NCBI GenBank assembly: GCA_973895155.1
Contig: OZ316899.1
Span: 12,837,934 to 12,901,933 of the forward strand
DNA: 64,000 nt
Direction: 5' to 3'
DNA from: Marsupella aquatica
Taxonomy: Eukaryota > Plantae > Marchantiophyta
The position numbers and the translations under genes were made by a program. The notes beneath the pieces are model-generated. The model was given only the letters and a program-made list of their open reading frames with translations, was not told the DNA's origin and did not search any database. Below are positions 1 through 12,995 of the stretch, piece by piece. The first letter of the stretch is position 1. Every line of letters starts with the position of its first letter.

Positions 1-509
1 CTGCTGGAGAATTGAGATTCACTTCTCCCAATTGTGCAGCACTGAGATGTTGGGCCACTAAGTCTGCCCAAGCATTCTTCTCTTTCTCTGGATTTCCCCC
101 ATTGCCACTACCACTACCACTACCACTACCACCTTGCCCTCCACTCCCCTCACCGGTAGCCATAGCTCCCCTCTCTCACAGTCTCCCTCATACTGTTGCG
201 CACGCCCCGGCCCTTCTCGTCTCGCTCAAAAACTGAAATGAGCCCGAATGCGAGCTCCCGCCGATGTTTATGCCGTTCAAAAACGGGTTTGCAATGACAT
301 ACGCATGGGAAACTGCGAAGCCCGCGCCCTCGCAAATAGTCTCGCAACTTGCGAGGCACTTCCGAATCTATTCCCTTCGCAAGGCCATCGCAACCCGTAG
401 AAGACCCAAAAAATCGTTCTCGGCCTCTGTTTTTGCGAAGTAAGTGCGAAGGCCGTAGGTTCGCAAAAAGATTCTCTAACTTGTGAAATAATTTGCGAGG
501 CAGGTCTTA

Positions 510-1570
510 TCGGTTTAGGGTTGGAAAACACTTTGGGGTGTCAAACGGCTATTAAGGTTTGTCAAACGACATTTAAGGTATGTTAAGTGCCCATAAGTTA
601 ACATGGAAGGGGTGTCAATGGATGTTTAGGTTGTAAGGATAACTAGAATACAAGTTAACAAAGGTTTGGGTTTAATTAAAGGTTAGGTTTATATTTGGTT
701 TTAATCTAGGAGTATTTGGTTTAATTAAGGAGGTTAAAACTTGGGTTAGGTTGGAATAAAAGGGTTGGGTTTAAATTAATGGGTTTGGCTTAGGGTTTAA
801 ATTAATGGGTTTGGCTTAGGGTTCAAGGTAGAGGTTTGCATTAGGTTGTGAGTAATTACAGGGGTTGGGTTTGGTTTTAGTTGAGGGGTTGAATTGTGGT
901 TGTTTTTTAAAGGGATTGGGTTTGGTTTTTAGTTGGGGGGTTTAATTGTGGTTTTTTTAAAGGGGTTGGGTTTCTAATGTAAGTGTTTGGGTTGGGGTGT
1001 AACATGATATAGGGTTGGATTTGGTTCTAATCGAGGGGGTACAATTTTTGCTTAAGTTTTAAAAAAGGGCCTCAATTTAGGGGTTAGGGTGAAGTTTAGA
1101 ATAACTATAGGGGTGGGGGTTGGCCTATATAGGTAAAGTAAGGTGTAGATAGGGTAAGGGTTTTATATGTAATTGGGGGATTTGGGTTGGGTTTAGGGTA
1201 AAGGTTTGAATTTTTAATGAGGGATTTGGGTATTGGTTAGGATAAGGGTAAGGGTTTAGGGTGCTTGAGGGATTTGGGTTAGGTTTTAATAAAGGGTTTC
1301 ATTTCATGGTTTGGGTTTAGGGTAGGGGTTTGGGTTCAGGGTAAAGGTTTGAATTTTTAATGAGGGATTTGGGTATTGGTTAGGATAAGGGTAAGGGTTT
1401 AGGGTGATTGAGGGATTTGGGTTAGGTTTTAATGAAGGGTTTCATTTCATGGTTTGGGTTTAGGGTAGGGGTTTGGGTTTAGGGTAAAGGTTTGAATTTT
1501 TAATGAGGGATTTGGGTATTGGTTAGGGTGAGGGTAAGGGTTTAGGGTGATTGAGGGATTTGGGTTACTT
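510..1570 (+). repeat. Degenerate telomere-like (TTTAGGG/TTTGGG) array including about 2.6 copies of a ~143-bp unit
   Basis: Many GGTTTAGGG variants on one strand. AAAGGTTTGAATTTTTAATGAGGGATTTGGGTATTGGTTAGG recurs at about 1200, 1343 and 1486. Confidence 0.85.
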
Positions 1571-2001
1571 ATATTTCTTTCTCTATCTCATTAACATGGA
1601 GTGGAAAACTCTTTGGCATTGTAGGGCACTTCCCCATGTTTTTTAAAGTTTTGGCTAATGCATGATAATGCCTTGTGAGAGCCCGGGCTTCTGAAAGGTA
1701 TAACATTTTCTCATGCATTTCTAGTCATTGCTATAAATATGGAGGGTTACAATCTATCATCCTTTTTTTCTGGTTCACCATAAGGCATGGCTTAATTCAT
1801 TGTATATTGGCAGATTTTCCCCTCCTTCTTCCAGATTTGGTTCATGAAATTTGACCCACAAGATCCGTCAAGGCATTGCTAAGCCCAGGTCTCATAAAGG
1901 TATTTTTCTGTCAATTCTTTTTAATATGTTTAGGTAGGGATTATCAATGATGGTTTTGGTGAAGTTTTTACTAATCGCCTTCCAATTTCTATACTTGTCA
2001 G

Positions 2002-2235
2002 ATGTCTTCATCCTCTACAACTTCCACCACATCAGATTCCTCTTTCGATGAAGAAAGTCGTCCTCCTCCTCAGCCTGAACCAACCGTACGTCGACCTAGT
2101 GGTCCACCACGCCAACTTTGTGGTTGTAAAAAATGTGTGGGGATGGTTGTCCAAAAGTCATATGTATGTGCGGAGCACATTGCTCGATATGGCCAACATC
2201 GAGGTCTTACACCGGGAGCTTCTTCATCCCGTATG
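2002..2235 (+). CDS. First coding exon of CACTA 1 gene; transposase-associated Cys/His motif
   Basis: Acceptor TGTCAG directly before ATG 2002. LCGCKKC...CAEHIARYG resembles the CxCxxC..H..G motif at the N-terminus of CACTA transposases. Phase-0 donor GTGAGT at 2236. Confidence 0.7.
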
Positions 2236-2347
2236 GTGAGTTGTAAACTTACTGTGATTTCCATTTTATTTTGTAAATCTTTCTAGGTAGCATAAAATAA
2301 AATTTGGGAGGTTCATCACACTCACTTGGTTCCATTTCTTCCTATAG

Positions 2348-3163
2348 GTATCTAGTAGGCCTACACCCACTACACCAACACCCTATGTTCCCTCACAAGG
2401 AGTTCTAGATGCTATAGGCTCGGCACTTTCACAAGATTTTCGTTTAGTGGCAGCAGGGCAAGGTAGTGTTGGGACAATTCAGGGTGATGGTATTGTTACA
2501 AGAGGGAAAAAAAAGTCAAAAAGACGGCCTAGAGGGGAAGTGGATCAGTACACTTGTAGGGTTGATGGTAGATGGGGCCCTTGTACCTTCACAGGGAAGT
2601 GTGTTCCTATCATAAAGGATTGGAATCCGGAGTGCCTTGGTTTGCCATGTGATATAACCTATGGTGAGGAGATAGAAGTTTGGGGAAGACGTTGGGTTGT
2701 CAAGAGTTCGACCCTAGTGGAGAGGCATGGGTATGGGATTTTCTCTTGTCAGGACATTATTGTGGATGGTATGGGTGGAAAAGGGCGCTCTTCGGATGGA
2801 CCAACGTTGTTCCCGTATGGTGGACCCATTTACAAGAGGAGACATTGGAACATGATCCTTGTACAACACCCTGAGTGGAAGACTTATGCATTGGACATGG
2901 ATACTTTTGATGGTTGCACCAGAAAGTATTGTGACCAGCGTATAATTGATGGTGATCCCATCCGTAGTGGGAATATTGCCGGGTTCATCAACAGTACTGT
3001 GGGGACCCGGCCTAAGCGTAGGAAAAACTATGAATGGGTTTTTGTTGATGGTCCCCCTCCAGCCCCTTATGGGCAGAGATATCATCATGACCATTGTCTA
3101 GTTGTAGCTAATAGGACCATTCTGGCTGGAGAGGAGTTGTTTACACATTATGAATGGGATTAG
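2348..3163 (+). CDS. SET-domain (lysine methyltransferase-like) exon
   Basis: Acceptor TTCTTCCTATAG ends at 2347 and is in phase with exon 1. Frame is open throughout. Motifs GYGIFSCQDI, YGG, IDGDP..GNIAGFINS and VVANRTILAGEELFTHY follow the SET consensus. Confidence 0.85.
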   Translation, partial: VSSRPTPTTPTPYVPSQGVLDAIGSALSQDFRLVAAGQGSVGTIQGDGIVTRGKKKSKRRPRGEVDQYTCRVDGRWGPCTFTGKCVPIIKDWNPECLGLPCDITYGEEIEVWGRRWVVKSSTLVERHGYGIFSCQDIIVDGMGGKGRSSDGPTLFPYGGPIYKRRHWNMILVQHPEWKTYALDMDTFDGCTRKYCDQRIIDGDPIRSGNIAGFINSTVGTRPKRRKNYEWVFVDGPPPAPYGQRYHHDHCLVVANRTILAGEELFTHYEWD

Positions 3164-3313
3164 GATTACTTTAGGGACATGTATTATACGTTCATCGTAT
3201 GTGAATGTATGTTTTGTAATGACATGTTCTTTTTATATTGTTAATCATATGTTTTGAGCACTACTATATTTGGAGTTAATTTCATTGTGAATGCTTTATT
3301 GTATTGTCTATAG

Positions 3314-6246
3314 AATGTGCGGCCTAGTCAAGATATGTTGCCAAGGAGGTTGAGAGCTACATATCAAGAAATGGGCTTGCCACAAGACGGGGAAACATCA
3401 TCAGCAGATTCCTCATCAAGTGACAATGATAATGACAGTCCAGATGAAGGGGCACCTCGGACAGATTATGAGGTCATGCAAGACCAAGAGTCAGCCATGG
3501 ATGACTTCATGACAGATTGGTTTGGTATAGACATTGGTGGTGAAGGAGGTGTCCCACCCAATGAAGGAGATCCTCCACCAAATGTTGCACATGATCCAAG
3601 GCCTCAACGTACACTTGAAGGACAAAAACAATGGGAAGAAGCTGAGGCACATGCTAGAACACCTATTTATGGGGGTGCTCGTTTGAATAGACTATCTACC
3701 ATCTTGGCATTGATGAATCTTCAGGCAAAACACAAGGCAAGCAATGCGCTACTATCGGATTTGTTTGCAATTTGCCATGATCTCTTGTTACCCAGTGAAA
3801 ATGTATTGCCAGGAACGTGGAAGGAGGCAAAGAGGGTTCTATCATCCATTGGCATGGAATACCATATCATTCATGCTTGTGTGAATGACTGCATTCTCTA
3901 TCATGAGACCAATGCCAGTGCAAATGAGTGTCCAATTTGTCAAGAGCCTCGATATGAAACCAACATGTTGACCTCAAAGGTGCCTAGAAAAGTTGTTCGT
4001 TGGTTTCCTATTATTCCTCGATTGTTGCACATGTACCAATGTTCTGACTTGGCAGAATTGATGGTATGGCATAAGACACATCGATCAGAGGCCGGTGTCA
4101 TGCGGTTACCAGTTGATTCCCCTGCTCACAAGCATGTGGAGTCACAATGGCCAGAGTTTGCACATGACCCTCGTCATGTGAGGTTGGGGTTGGCATCAGA
4201 TGGGGTGAGCCCACACTCCCTTGGAGGGAAAGGGCGCCCTACTTCGGTTTGGCCGGTGGTTGTTATGAATTACAACCTTCCCCCATGGTTGTCCATGAAA
4301 AAGGGATTCTTATTGCTATCATTGATTATCCCAAGTCCATCTAAGGTAAAAAACATGGACACCTACTTGGCGCTCTTGGTTGGGGAACTCCATAAATTAT
4401 GGGGGGGTGTATGGGCATATGATGGTCGGACAACTACAGGAGGGTTACCACGTGTCTTCCAATTGAAGGGAATCATTATGTGGACCATGCATGACTATCC
4501 AGGTGAGTGATATGGATTTGTATTTTTTTCATGTATTGGAGATCAAGTTTGTTTGGAAGGAAGTCCCTCTTTAATTCTATGTACATGAACTTTTCAATTC
4601 CTTTGACTCTAATTGAGAATGTTATTTTGTGAGCAGGGTTTGGGTTTGTTTCTGGGTTCCAAAATCAAGGGTACAAGGCATGCTCCACTTGTGGTCCAAG
4701 CCTTCACGATATGGCCAAGTACTCAAAATGGCTGCACAAGATAATCTACCTTGGTCATACCAAGTTTCTTCCACTTGGGCATCACATGAGGTCTGACCCC
4801 CTTTTGTTTTCAGACTTTGACATGATCAATGGTGATGAGCGTGAGATACCTGACTGCACAACATTTTCGTATTGGAAATCCATAGCTGATAGGGTGGCAG
4901 ACCCTGAAGATGCCATGGGATTTGATGGTAGTGGATTGACAAGGTGGAGTATACTGGCCACTTTGCCCTATTGGCCTGAGTTGAAGATTCATCACTTGTT
5001 AGACCCCATGCATATAGAGGGAAATGTTGGGAAGGCTTTGATCAAGCACTTTTATGGGGAAAAGAACATTAATTTTAGGGAGGCATGCCAGGATCTAGAA
5101 CGACATCCAGATGTATGGATAACAATTGATGAAACCACAGGGATGGAACATCGTCCTTCAGCTCCATGGGTTTTGAGAATTGGTGAAAGAAGAGAGTTTC
5201 GACAACGCATAGGGCAGATGCGGTTTCCTACAGGCTATGGTGCCAATCTACGTAAGGCTTTTGGGATGGAGGACAGTCATAAATGGCCAATGTATCTCAA
5301 GACACATGACTATCATTGTTTACTACAACATATACTTCCTGTGGCAATCATAGGTTTGGGGAGTGAAGAACATCTTAGCTACCATTGATCCTAGTTGTCC
5401 ACGCACTTGGATGGAAGAGAGGGAAGTGGAGGAGGACCGTTTAACAGGTGCAAAAAAACACGCTTACTAACCGCAGTGGAGTTGACACAGGTTAGTACTT
5501 TCATGTTGAGTAACAACAATGTGATGGAAGATTGGAGAGAGTTTTATGAGGATGCAAAGAGGGAGAGTCGTCGCCCAAGGATCTTTCCAAAGTTCCTTGA
5601 GTATATGAAGGAGAAAGTACTTCAGTTGGATGCTATGGTGGCCCAAGGTGAGAATGTATCACATTTTCCAGATATGACTCCTGAGGTTCAAACAATTGTT
5701 CATGGTCCTTTAAGACTTGTTCAGACCAGAACAGCAATGTGGACACAAGGGAGGCATTTCAGGATTTCTGACCTTGATGAGAAGAGGGGAAGAACTTTTG
5801 ATTGTGGACTTCAAGGGCAGTTCATGCAAGATTCACAAAGTAGCCGTCATGACACTAATATGATCAGAGATGTGGTGCCTCACCATGGGAAGATTGAGGA
5901 GATCTTGATCATATCCTATGATGCCGATTCCAAATTTGAAGAGTATGTCTTCAAGTGTAAGTGGTTCAAAAATCACCTGGTTGGTGATAATCGCACGGTA
6001 CTTCTTGATGAGTGTGGGTTTACTCGACTGAAGACATCAGCAACTAGCTTTCAACCATCTCATTGGCAAACATCTGAACCATTTACATTCCCAAGTCACC
6101 TTGAGCAGTGTTTCTATATTCCGTACCCACCAGACCCAGAGTAGTCAGTTGTTATACCGTATGTGCCACGGTCCCGTTCCATTATCTCGGAAAAACCTGA
6201 CGTTATTATTGTGTCAAATGGAGGAGAGGATGAGGACCAGGTTTGA
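3314..6246 (+). pseudogene. CACTA TnpD transposase (Transposase_21, truncated DUF4218, DUF4216)
   Basis: IHACVNDC, FPIIPRL, RLGLASDG, NYNLPPW and MHDYPG motifs. Intron 4503-4636 restores DYPG-FGFVSG..GYKAC. LKTHDYH is followed by an apparent deletion near 5370. VFKCKWF and QCFYIPYP follow. TGG>TAG stop at 6142. Confidence 0.92.
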
Positions 6247-7000
6247 TGCACTAGTAGTAAAACTTGTTGTGGGCCCAGAATTTGACCCTAAACTAACTAT
6301 CATGGTTTTATTTATATTAACATATTAATTTTCTTCTTTTGTTTTACAAACACTTAATTGGACTTTGAAATTTCATCTCACTGTTATATATGCAACCCTA
6401 GCCATTTCCAAAGCTATCCTCATGCATGCCACCTTTTTGAAAACCCTAGCTGTAACCTAAACACATGCATTCTCCATCTTGTAAAGAAACTCTCTCAAAC
6501 ATTTCCATTCTACAAACTTTTCAAACAACTCTCTTTGCAAAACATTTTCAAGCTTGTCAAGAAGCAACTTCTGAACACTTTGTGAATAACACACCATCGG
6601 TAATTGTGATGCCAATGGGTTCTCAACTTTGCGAATCAACTGGCTTTGGTAACTTGCGACTATTTATACTTCACAATATCGTGCGAAGCTAATAGGTTCA
6701 CAAGATATATTTGAGTACATTATTATCGCTAAATTATGAAACAAAATAGATCCAAATGCAATCGCGATGGTCGCGGATCCACAAATACTTTGCGAGATGA
6801 ATAGTATCTGAAAGAGTTGCGAATTCAATCCAATCTCAAACAAATTGCAAGGTATTTAGCTTCGCAACACTATGTTGCAAACCTTTGAGCATGGTTTATT
6901 GTGATGCGTGTTTGATCACAAAATATCTGAAGTTGATGACATTGCAAGACCATCCCGGCGTAAAAAAAAGCTTCACAAAAGGGGCCAATATGTAGTAGTG

Positions 7001-7837
7001 TATTTTCAGTAACATATATTGTGGTTGTTGTGTCCATAGAGAATAAGACAGGTGCTGCAGAGAAGAAGTATGAGAACCTGGCAAATACTCGCTGTAATTT
7101 AGAGGCAACAAAGTTGCAGTCTGTACAAGCAACTTGTTTGACAGAGGGCAGTCAACCATGTTTGGATGAGGATGACATTGGCAAGGGAGTGGATGATATC
7201 AATGTTGGGGCAAATGAGGATATCAGCAAGCATGACAATGATACCATTGAGCCAGATTCATGCTATGGAGATCTTGACTCCATTGCAGAGATAAATGATT
7301 CGCAGAATGTATCATTCTCAATGATAGGTGTGCCTCTTGTTGAGATAAATCCAACCAAAGATTTAGTTGGTATGACACTCCCAGGTGGTGAACCTGCTGT
7401 TGTGACAGTCCTAACAGAGGAACCTATTGAGCCTAGCTTCACTACTGTGAAGAGAGGAAGCATGCGCACACAAAGCAAGTCTGCTGGTGGGAGCAGAGCC
7501 ACGTCAAAGGTTTCATACAAACCTCCAAGAATGGTGCTGGCATAAAGATCTAAGGTGGAAGTAGGGAAAGCACCTAATGCTGAGGGACAAAGTGGCTTGT
7601 TAGCTGTTGATGAGAGTGGAACACAAGTAGGATTTGGCAGAGTGCAGGTTGGTTCCACAACGTTCCATGGCAAGCAGATTCCCCCCAGGTTATTCAGTAG
7701 TGTTAGTCACATTACTAGTGAAACCTAAAGTTGTCCTTCCCATTCCAAACACAAATGATGATCCTCCTCAAAAGACACTTGGAGATGCTACAGGTTCTTT
7801 GGTATTATGGCCAAGCAAGTTCATAGAGGATCCATAA
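7001..7837 (+). pseudogene. C-terminal fragment of a CACTA TnpA/ORF2-like gene (older element hit by CACTA 1)
   Basis: With one stop (7543) and a frameshift in the C-run at about 7681 it reads GRVQVGSTTFHGKQIPPGYSVVLV...LPIPN..TLGDATGSLVLWP, typical of En/Spm Tnp1-like C-termini. Confidence 0.7.
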
Positions 7838-7849
7838 CAATGTCATGCC

Positions 7850-7986
7850 TGTTATAACCCAGGTTAGAACCAGGTTAAGTATACTCTACTAGGGTTAAGG
7901 ATAACTACCTTAACCGTTCCTCCTTAAGGAACCTATATGTATTTACTCAAGGATGAAGGAAGAAGTATTGTAGTTCACGTTCAACA
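7850..7986 (+). repeat. 5' LTR of copia 1
   Basis: TGTTAT...CAACA; near-identical to 13425-13561. Confidence 0.95.
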
Positions 7987-8000
7987 CGTTATCAGCACGA
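7987..8000 (+). promoter_or_regulatory. Primer-binding site, half-tRNA-Ile type
   Basis: CGTTATCAGCACGA immediately after the LTR; complementary to the anticodon arm of tRNA-Ile, as known for Bianca elements. Confidence 0.8.
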
Positions 8001-8445
8001 AGGGCTCACGCGCAATTTTTTTTTGACGACTGATATTGGGGGAAGCGATCGGGCCTCGACAAAGGGAAGAATACCATCACCAAGAAATTCTCCATTCTTT
8101 TTCTCTCTTACAGCAATCAAGAACGTAGAGACCTTACCAACTTGCAGGGAAGACCCAAAGACAGCACCGGGACGAGACAAGTCGCAAAAGCAATCGGACA
8201 CGAATCAAAGGAGCACAACGATTGAAGGAGATCCAGCATACTCGTAATCGATTCCGTAACATACCCTCCAAAATTTCTTTTCGATAGCCATGAACATTGC
8301 ATACAATAATCCCTCTTCTGCCAGTTGAACATGAACAACGCTGAGCATTGAAGAGAGACGAGAGGAGGCATCGATTCAATGATATAAACAGTGTACACAA
8401 GTGGCGCAAATTTCCCCTTTTCAATTGCACACCCTACCGATAATC

Positions 8446-11400
8446 ATGAATTCTATTGAGAAACTCAATTTCCAAGCTCTGAAGATTGACGGCTCTAACT
8501 ACTTGTCATGGACACTGGACGTTGACTCACACTTGGCTGCCAAGAACCTACAAGATACAGTAATCACCGATGTCGGAACAACGCTACAAGAGAAGGCCAA
8601 GGCCTTGATCCTCATCCGCCACCACCTTGAAGAACCTCTCAAACGGCAGTACATGAACGAATACAACCCAAGGAGACTGTGGGATGACCTCAGCGCGCGA
8701 TTCGACCACACGCGAATTATCTTCCTGCCAGCGACAAGACACGATTGGGTTAATTTGCGCGTCCAAGACCACAAAACGATGGCTGATTACAATAGTGAGC
8801 TGTTTCGAATCGTAGCCCAACTGGCCATATGTGGCCACCCAGTGACGGACGAGGAGCAGATCGAAAAGACATTATCAACTTTGCATTCCACAAACTTAGT
8901 ACCCTCGACCCAGTATCGGAACATGAACTTTACCAAATACTCCGAACTAATGGCGCACATGCTACTGGCGGAAAAACACCAACTCCTGTTACTACGGAAC
9001 ACCCAAGAACGCCCACCAGGCACGCTTCCACCTCAACCAAACCTAGAGTCCCATTATATAGCACCACGTTTGGAGAGGTGGAATACCACCAGAGGGAGAG
9101 GGAGAGGAACATACATGGGCCGGAGCTCTTACAACCAGGGAAGAGGTCGGAGCACCACATACTCGGGACGAGGATGAGGTCGAGGAAGATTCGGATACAG
9201 AAACAACAACACCAGAAAACCTTGGGACAGAGACACAAGTAATATGAGAACCAGAGACACCCGACAACCCCCAACGTGCCACCGTTGTGGAACCAAGGGC
9301 CACATCAAGAAAGTATGCAGGGCCCCAGCACACCTAGTAGCACTCTACCAAAAGAGCGTATCTCCCAATGACACAGCCACCTACAGCACATTCATGGACT
9401 CAAGTGAGATCCTACCTGAAATCCACATTATAATCCACGATGCCAAATCATCCTCCCCTGACGACCCCCACCACTGTATTGTCGATAGCGCAACATCACA
9501 CTCCATCCTGCGGGACAGAGAATACTTTAGTGAAATCCACCCATCCAACCGCAGAATCACCACAATAATGGGACAACAGCAAATAGAGGAAGGACACGGC
9601 CCAGCGACAGTGATACTACTTGGGGGTACAACCATCAGAATACAATCCGCAATTTACGCACCAAAAGCAACCAGAAACCTGCTTAGCTTCCGTGATATCA
9701 GGGCCAATAACCTCCACATTTCTACTGGCACCCTCGACAATGAGGAAGTCCTCCACATAATCTCCGAAACCCCGGCAGGGAACCAGACCAAAGAAACCTT
9801 AAAAGCCTTCCCACACGGCTTTTATGTCACTCGGACCTACAGCTTATACACCAATGCCCTGCTACAACCCATCACCGAAATCTGGCACAAAAGATTGGGA
9901 CATCCGGGCACTACAATGTTCCAAAGAATAATTCAAAGCACCCGGGGCATCCCACCAACAGTCCACCCAACATCGATGAAACTCGGCTACATAGCCTGCT
10001 CCAAAGGCAAGCTGACAATAAGACCAGCACCTAACACCACTGAAAGAGAAATTCCCAATTTTCTCGAGAGACTCCATGCGAATGTATGCGGACCCATAAC
10101 CCCGCAGAGTGGCCCATTCCGATTCTTCCTCGCTATCATCTGCGCGTTATCAAAGTGGTCCAGAGTATCCCTACTATCAACTAGAAACATGGTATTCCCC
10201 CGAATACTCGGACACATACTCCGACTAAAGGCACAGTTCCCAGACTATCCAATCAGAACATTACGAGTCGACAACGCCGGCGAATTTACATCCAAGCACT
10301 TCAAAGACTTATGCGCAACAGCGGGAATAGACATACAATACCCGGTGGCACATGTCCACTTCCAGAACGGGATCGCAGAATCCCTCATAAAAAGACTCCA
10401 GACCATAGCCAGACCACTCCTCATGCACACATCCCTCCCCACATCTGCCTGGGGACACGCCATATTGCACGCCGCAGCTCTCCTAAGTTACAGACCATCC
10501 GCCTTTAACACTAATACACCCCACCACCTTGCCTTCCGCAATATCCCGTCCATCTTCCACCTGCAAACTTTCGGCTGCCAGGTCTTAGTACCAATTATGG
10601 GCCCCAAATGAACTAAACTGGGCCCACAACGACAGGAGGGTATATACGTTGGTTTTGATTCTACTTCCATAATCTGATACCTGGAACCGACCACATCAGA
10701 CGTCTTCAAGGCCCGCTTCATAGACTGGCACTTCTACGAAGAAATATATCCAAAACTAAACATAGCCAACACAACATACATGACACCAAAGACGGAGCTC
10801 ACTTGGCAATTACAATCCCCATTCTGGAATGACCCGAGAACCAACCAAACAGACACAGAAGTACAGCGGATAATACACCTCACGCAAATGATGGAAAGAC
10901 TACCTGATTCCTTCGCAGATGCAGCTACAGTCACAAGATCACACGTACCAGCTGCTAATGCACCATCAAGAATACAAGGCTTAGAACCTCCAGCCACAGA
11001 GGCAGCACCTAGGGCAAAGCATGGAAGACCTCTCGGATCAGGTGACAAGCAACCACGCCAACGCAGGTCTGTACCCCTTACACCGGCACCCCCAACAGCA
11101 CTGCTCACCATCGAACCCACTGAGGAGCATGAGGAGATAGCAATCAACTATAATAGTACCGGACACATCTGGAATCGAGAAAACACACAAGTAGACGAGC
11201 ACTTTGCTTTTCATATCTCACATCAAATAGACGACGAGATCCCTGAACCAAAAACTGTACAGGAAGCACAGACACACTCAGACTGGCCAGCTTGGGAGAC
11301 GGCCATCAACTCAGAATTAGACTCACTCATATCCAGACAGGTCTTCGGACCCATCACTCCCGCACAACCCGATATACATTTAACCGGATACAAGTGGACA

Positions 11401-12995
11401 TTCGTCAAGAAAAGAAACTCTAAGGGCGAAGTTATCCGCCACAAAGCACGGCTCGTAGCCAAAGGATTCACACAAATTCAGGGACGAGATTATGATTTAA
11501 CTTACTCCCCAGTAATGGATGTAATCACTTATCGGTACCTGATAGCCTTCTCACTATACTATGGATTGACGATGCACCAACTTGATGTGGTCACGGCTTA
11601 CCTCTATGGGCACCTCGACGTCATCATACATATGGAAGCCCCCCCCAATAACTGATCCAGCGCATTGACTACCACTGTCAGGGGGAGAAAACACCCCGAA
11701 TCAAGGCACAAAACTCCACTTTCGAGCATACGAACAGAGAAGTCCTTCGAACAACCTCACAAGCAATAGCACTTCCGGCTCATTCAACACAGAACAACCA
11801 TACCTCAGGAAGACCAAGACGATATGCTGTGAAAGTGCTTCGATCGATGTATGGATTGAAGCAAAGCGGGCGAACATGGTACCACCGCTTCAAGGCAGAA
11901 ATGACAACATTAGGGTTCAAGAATTCTGACATCGCACCCTGCCTCTTCATTAAGCAAGAAGACAGCAAATTCGTCATCGTGGCCATATACGTAGATGACT
12001 TAAACCTATTCGGCACCAGCCGAATACTCCTGGAAACAATCCAGCTACTTAAACGTGTCTTCGAAATGCGGGACTTGGGGCAGACTACATACTGCCTCGG
12101 ATTACAATTTGAACACCTCCCCACTGGCGTTTTCCTCCATCAATCAACCTACACGAGCAAAGCCCTTAAGCAATTTCATATGGAGAAGACAAAGGCAGTA
12201 ACATCACCAATGGATCTACGATCCTTGGATAAGGAAAAAGACATTTTCCGTAAGAAATCAGAGGGAGAGCCACTACTTGGCAGCGAAAAACCTTACCTAT
12301 CCGCCATCGGAGCATTGATGTTCCTTGCAAATCAGACGAGGCCTGATATTGCATTCACAGTGAGCCTGCTAGCTCGCCATAGCGCACAACCTACAATTCG
12401 GCACTGGAACGGAGTAAAGAGAATCCTCCGTTACCTAAGCGGCACCATTGACATGGGACTACATTTCCCGGCAAGCAAAGCACACATACTAACTGGATAC
12501 GCTGATGCAGGTTACCTCTCTGACCCTGCAGATGCAAAATCGCAAACCGGATACGTCTTCCTCATTGAAGCCACAGCAATCTCATGGAAGAGTAGCAAAC
12601 AAACACTCACCACGACTTCTTCCAACCACTCGGAAATTATCGCGCTTTATGAGGCAAGCAGAGAATGCCTCTGGCTCCGTAATGTCATCGACCATATCTC
12701 AACACACACAGGTAAACCGACATTAGACACTCCAACTGTTATCTTTGAAGACAATCGACCCTGTGTGCAACAAATAGCCGCTGGATTTATAAAAGGTGAT
12801 CGCACAAAGCACATTGCTCCTAAGTTCTTTTTCGCACATGAGCAACAGGGAAAACAGATAGACTTCCAATGGATCCCATCACAAAATAACTGCGCAGACC
12901 TCTTTACTAAGTCACTACCGCCCACGCTCCACAAAGAACTCTCATACTCCATAGGCATGCGTAGACTTTCAACATTGCTGCAGGAACAAACCTGA
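8446..12995 (+). pseudogene. copia gag-pol polyprotein with nonsense codons and one frameshift
   Basis: NYLSWTLD gag, CHRCGTKGHIKKVC knuckle, VDSAT protease, WHKRLGHP, RVDNAGEF, YGLKQSGR, YVDD, GYADAGY, TKHI, ADLFTK. TGA stops at 9175, 10609 and about 10675. Frameshift at about 11640. Confidence 0.95.

Larger units (their letters stand above)
1..7000 (+). mobile_element. CACTA/EnSpm DNA transposon 1 (left end outside window; internally deleted)
   Basis: TnpD-type transposase exons. Right terminus ...ATATGTAGTAGTG ends at 7000 (reverse complement CACTACTACAT). TTGCGA/TCGCAA motifs cluster at about 290-500 and 6620-6890, as expected for subterminal repeats. Confidence 0.85.

Noticed and set aside
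510-1570. True telomere
   Set aside because: Highly degenerate, internal and flanked by element sequence.
3259-3273. CACTACTATATTTGG as the left TIR of CACTA 1
   Set aside because: Only 8 bp match the right end, there is no 3-bp TSD (GAG vs TAT), and the transposase-associated exon and subterminal motifs lie further left.
11638-11655. Programmed frameshift in copia 1 RT
   Set aside because: It falls in a C homopolymer and copia 2 is in frame across the same site, so slippage or sequencing error is more likely.
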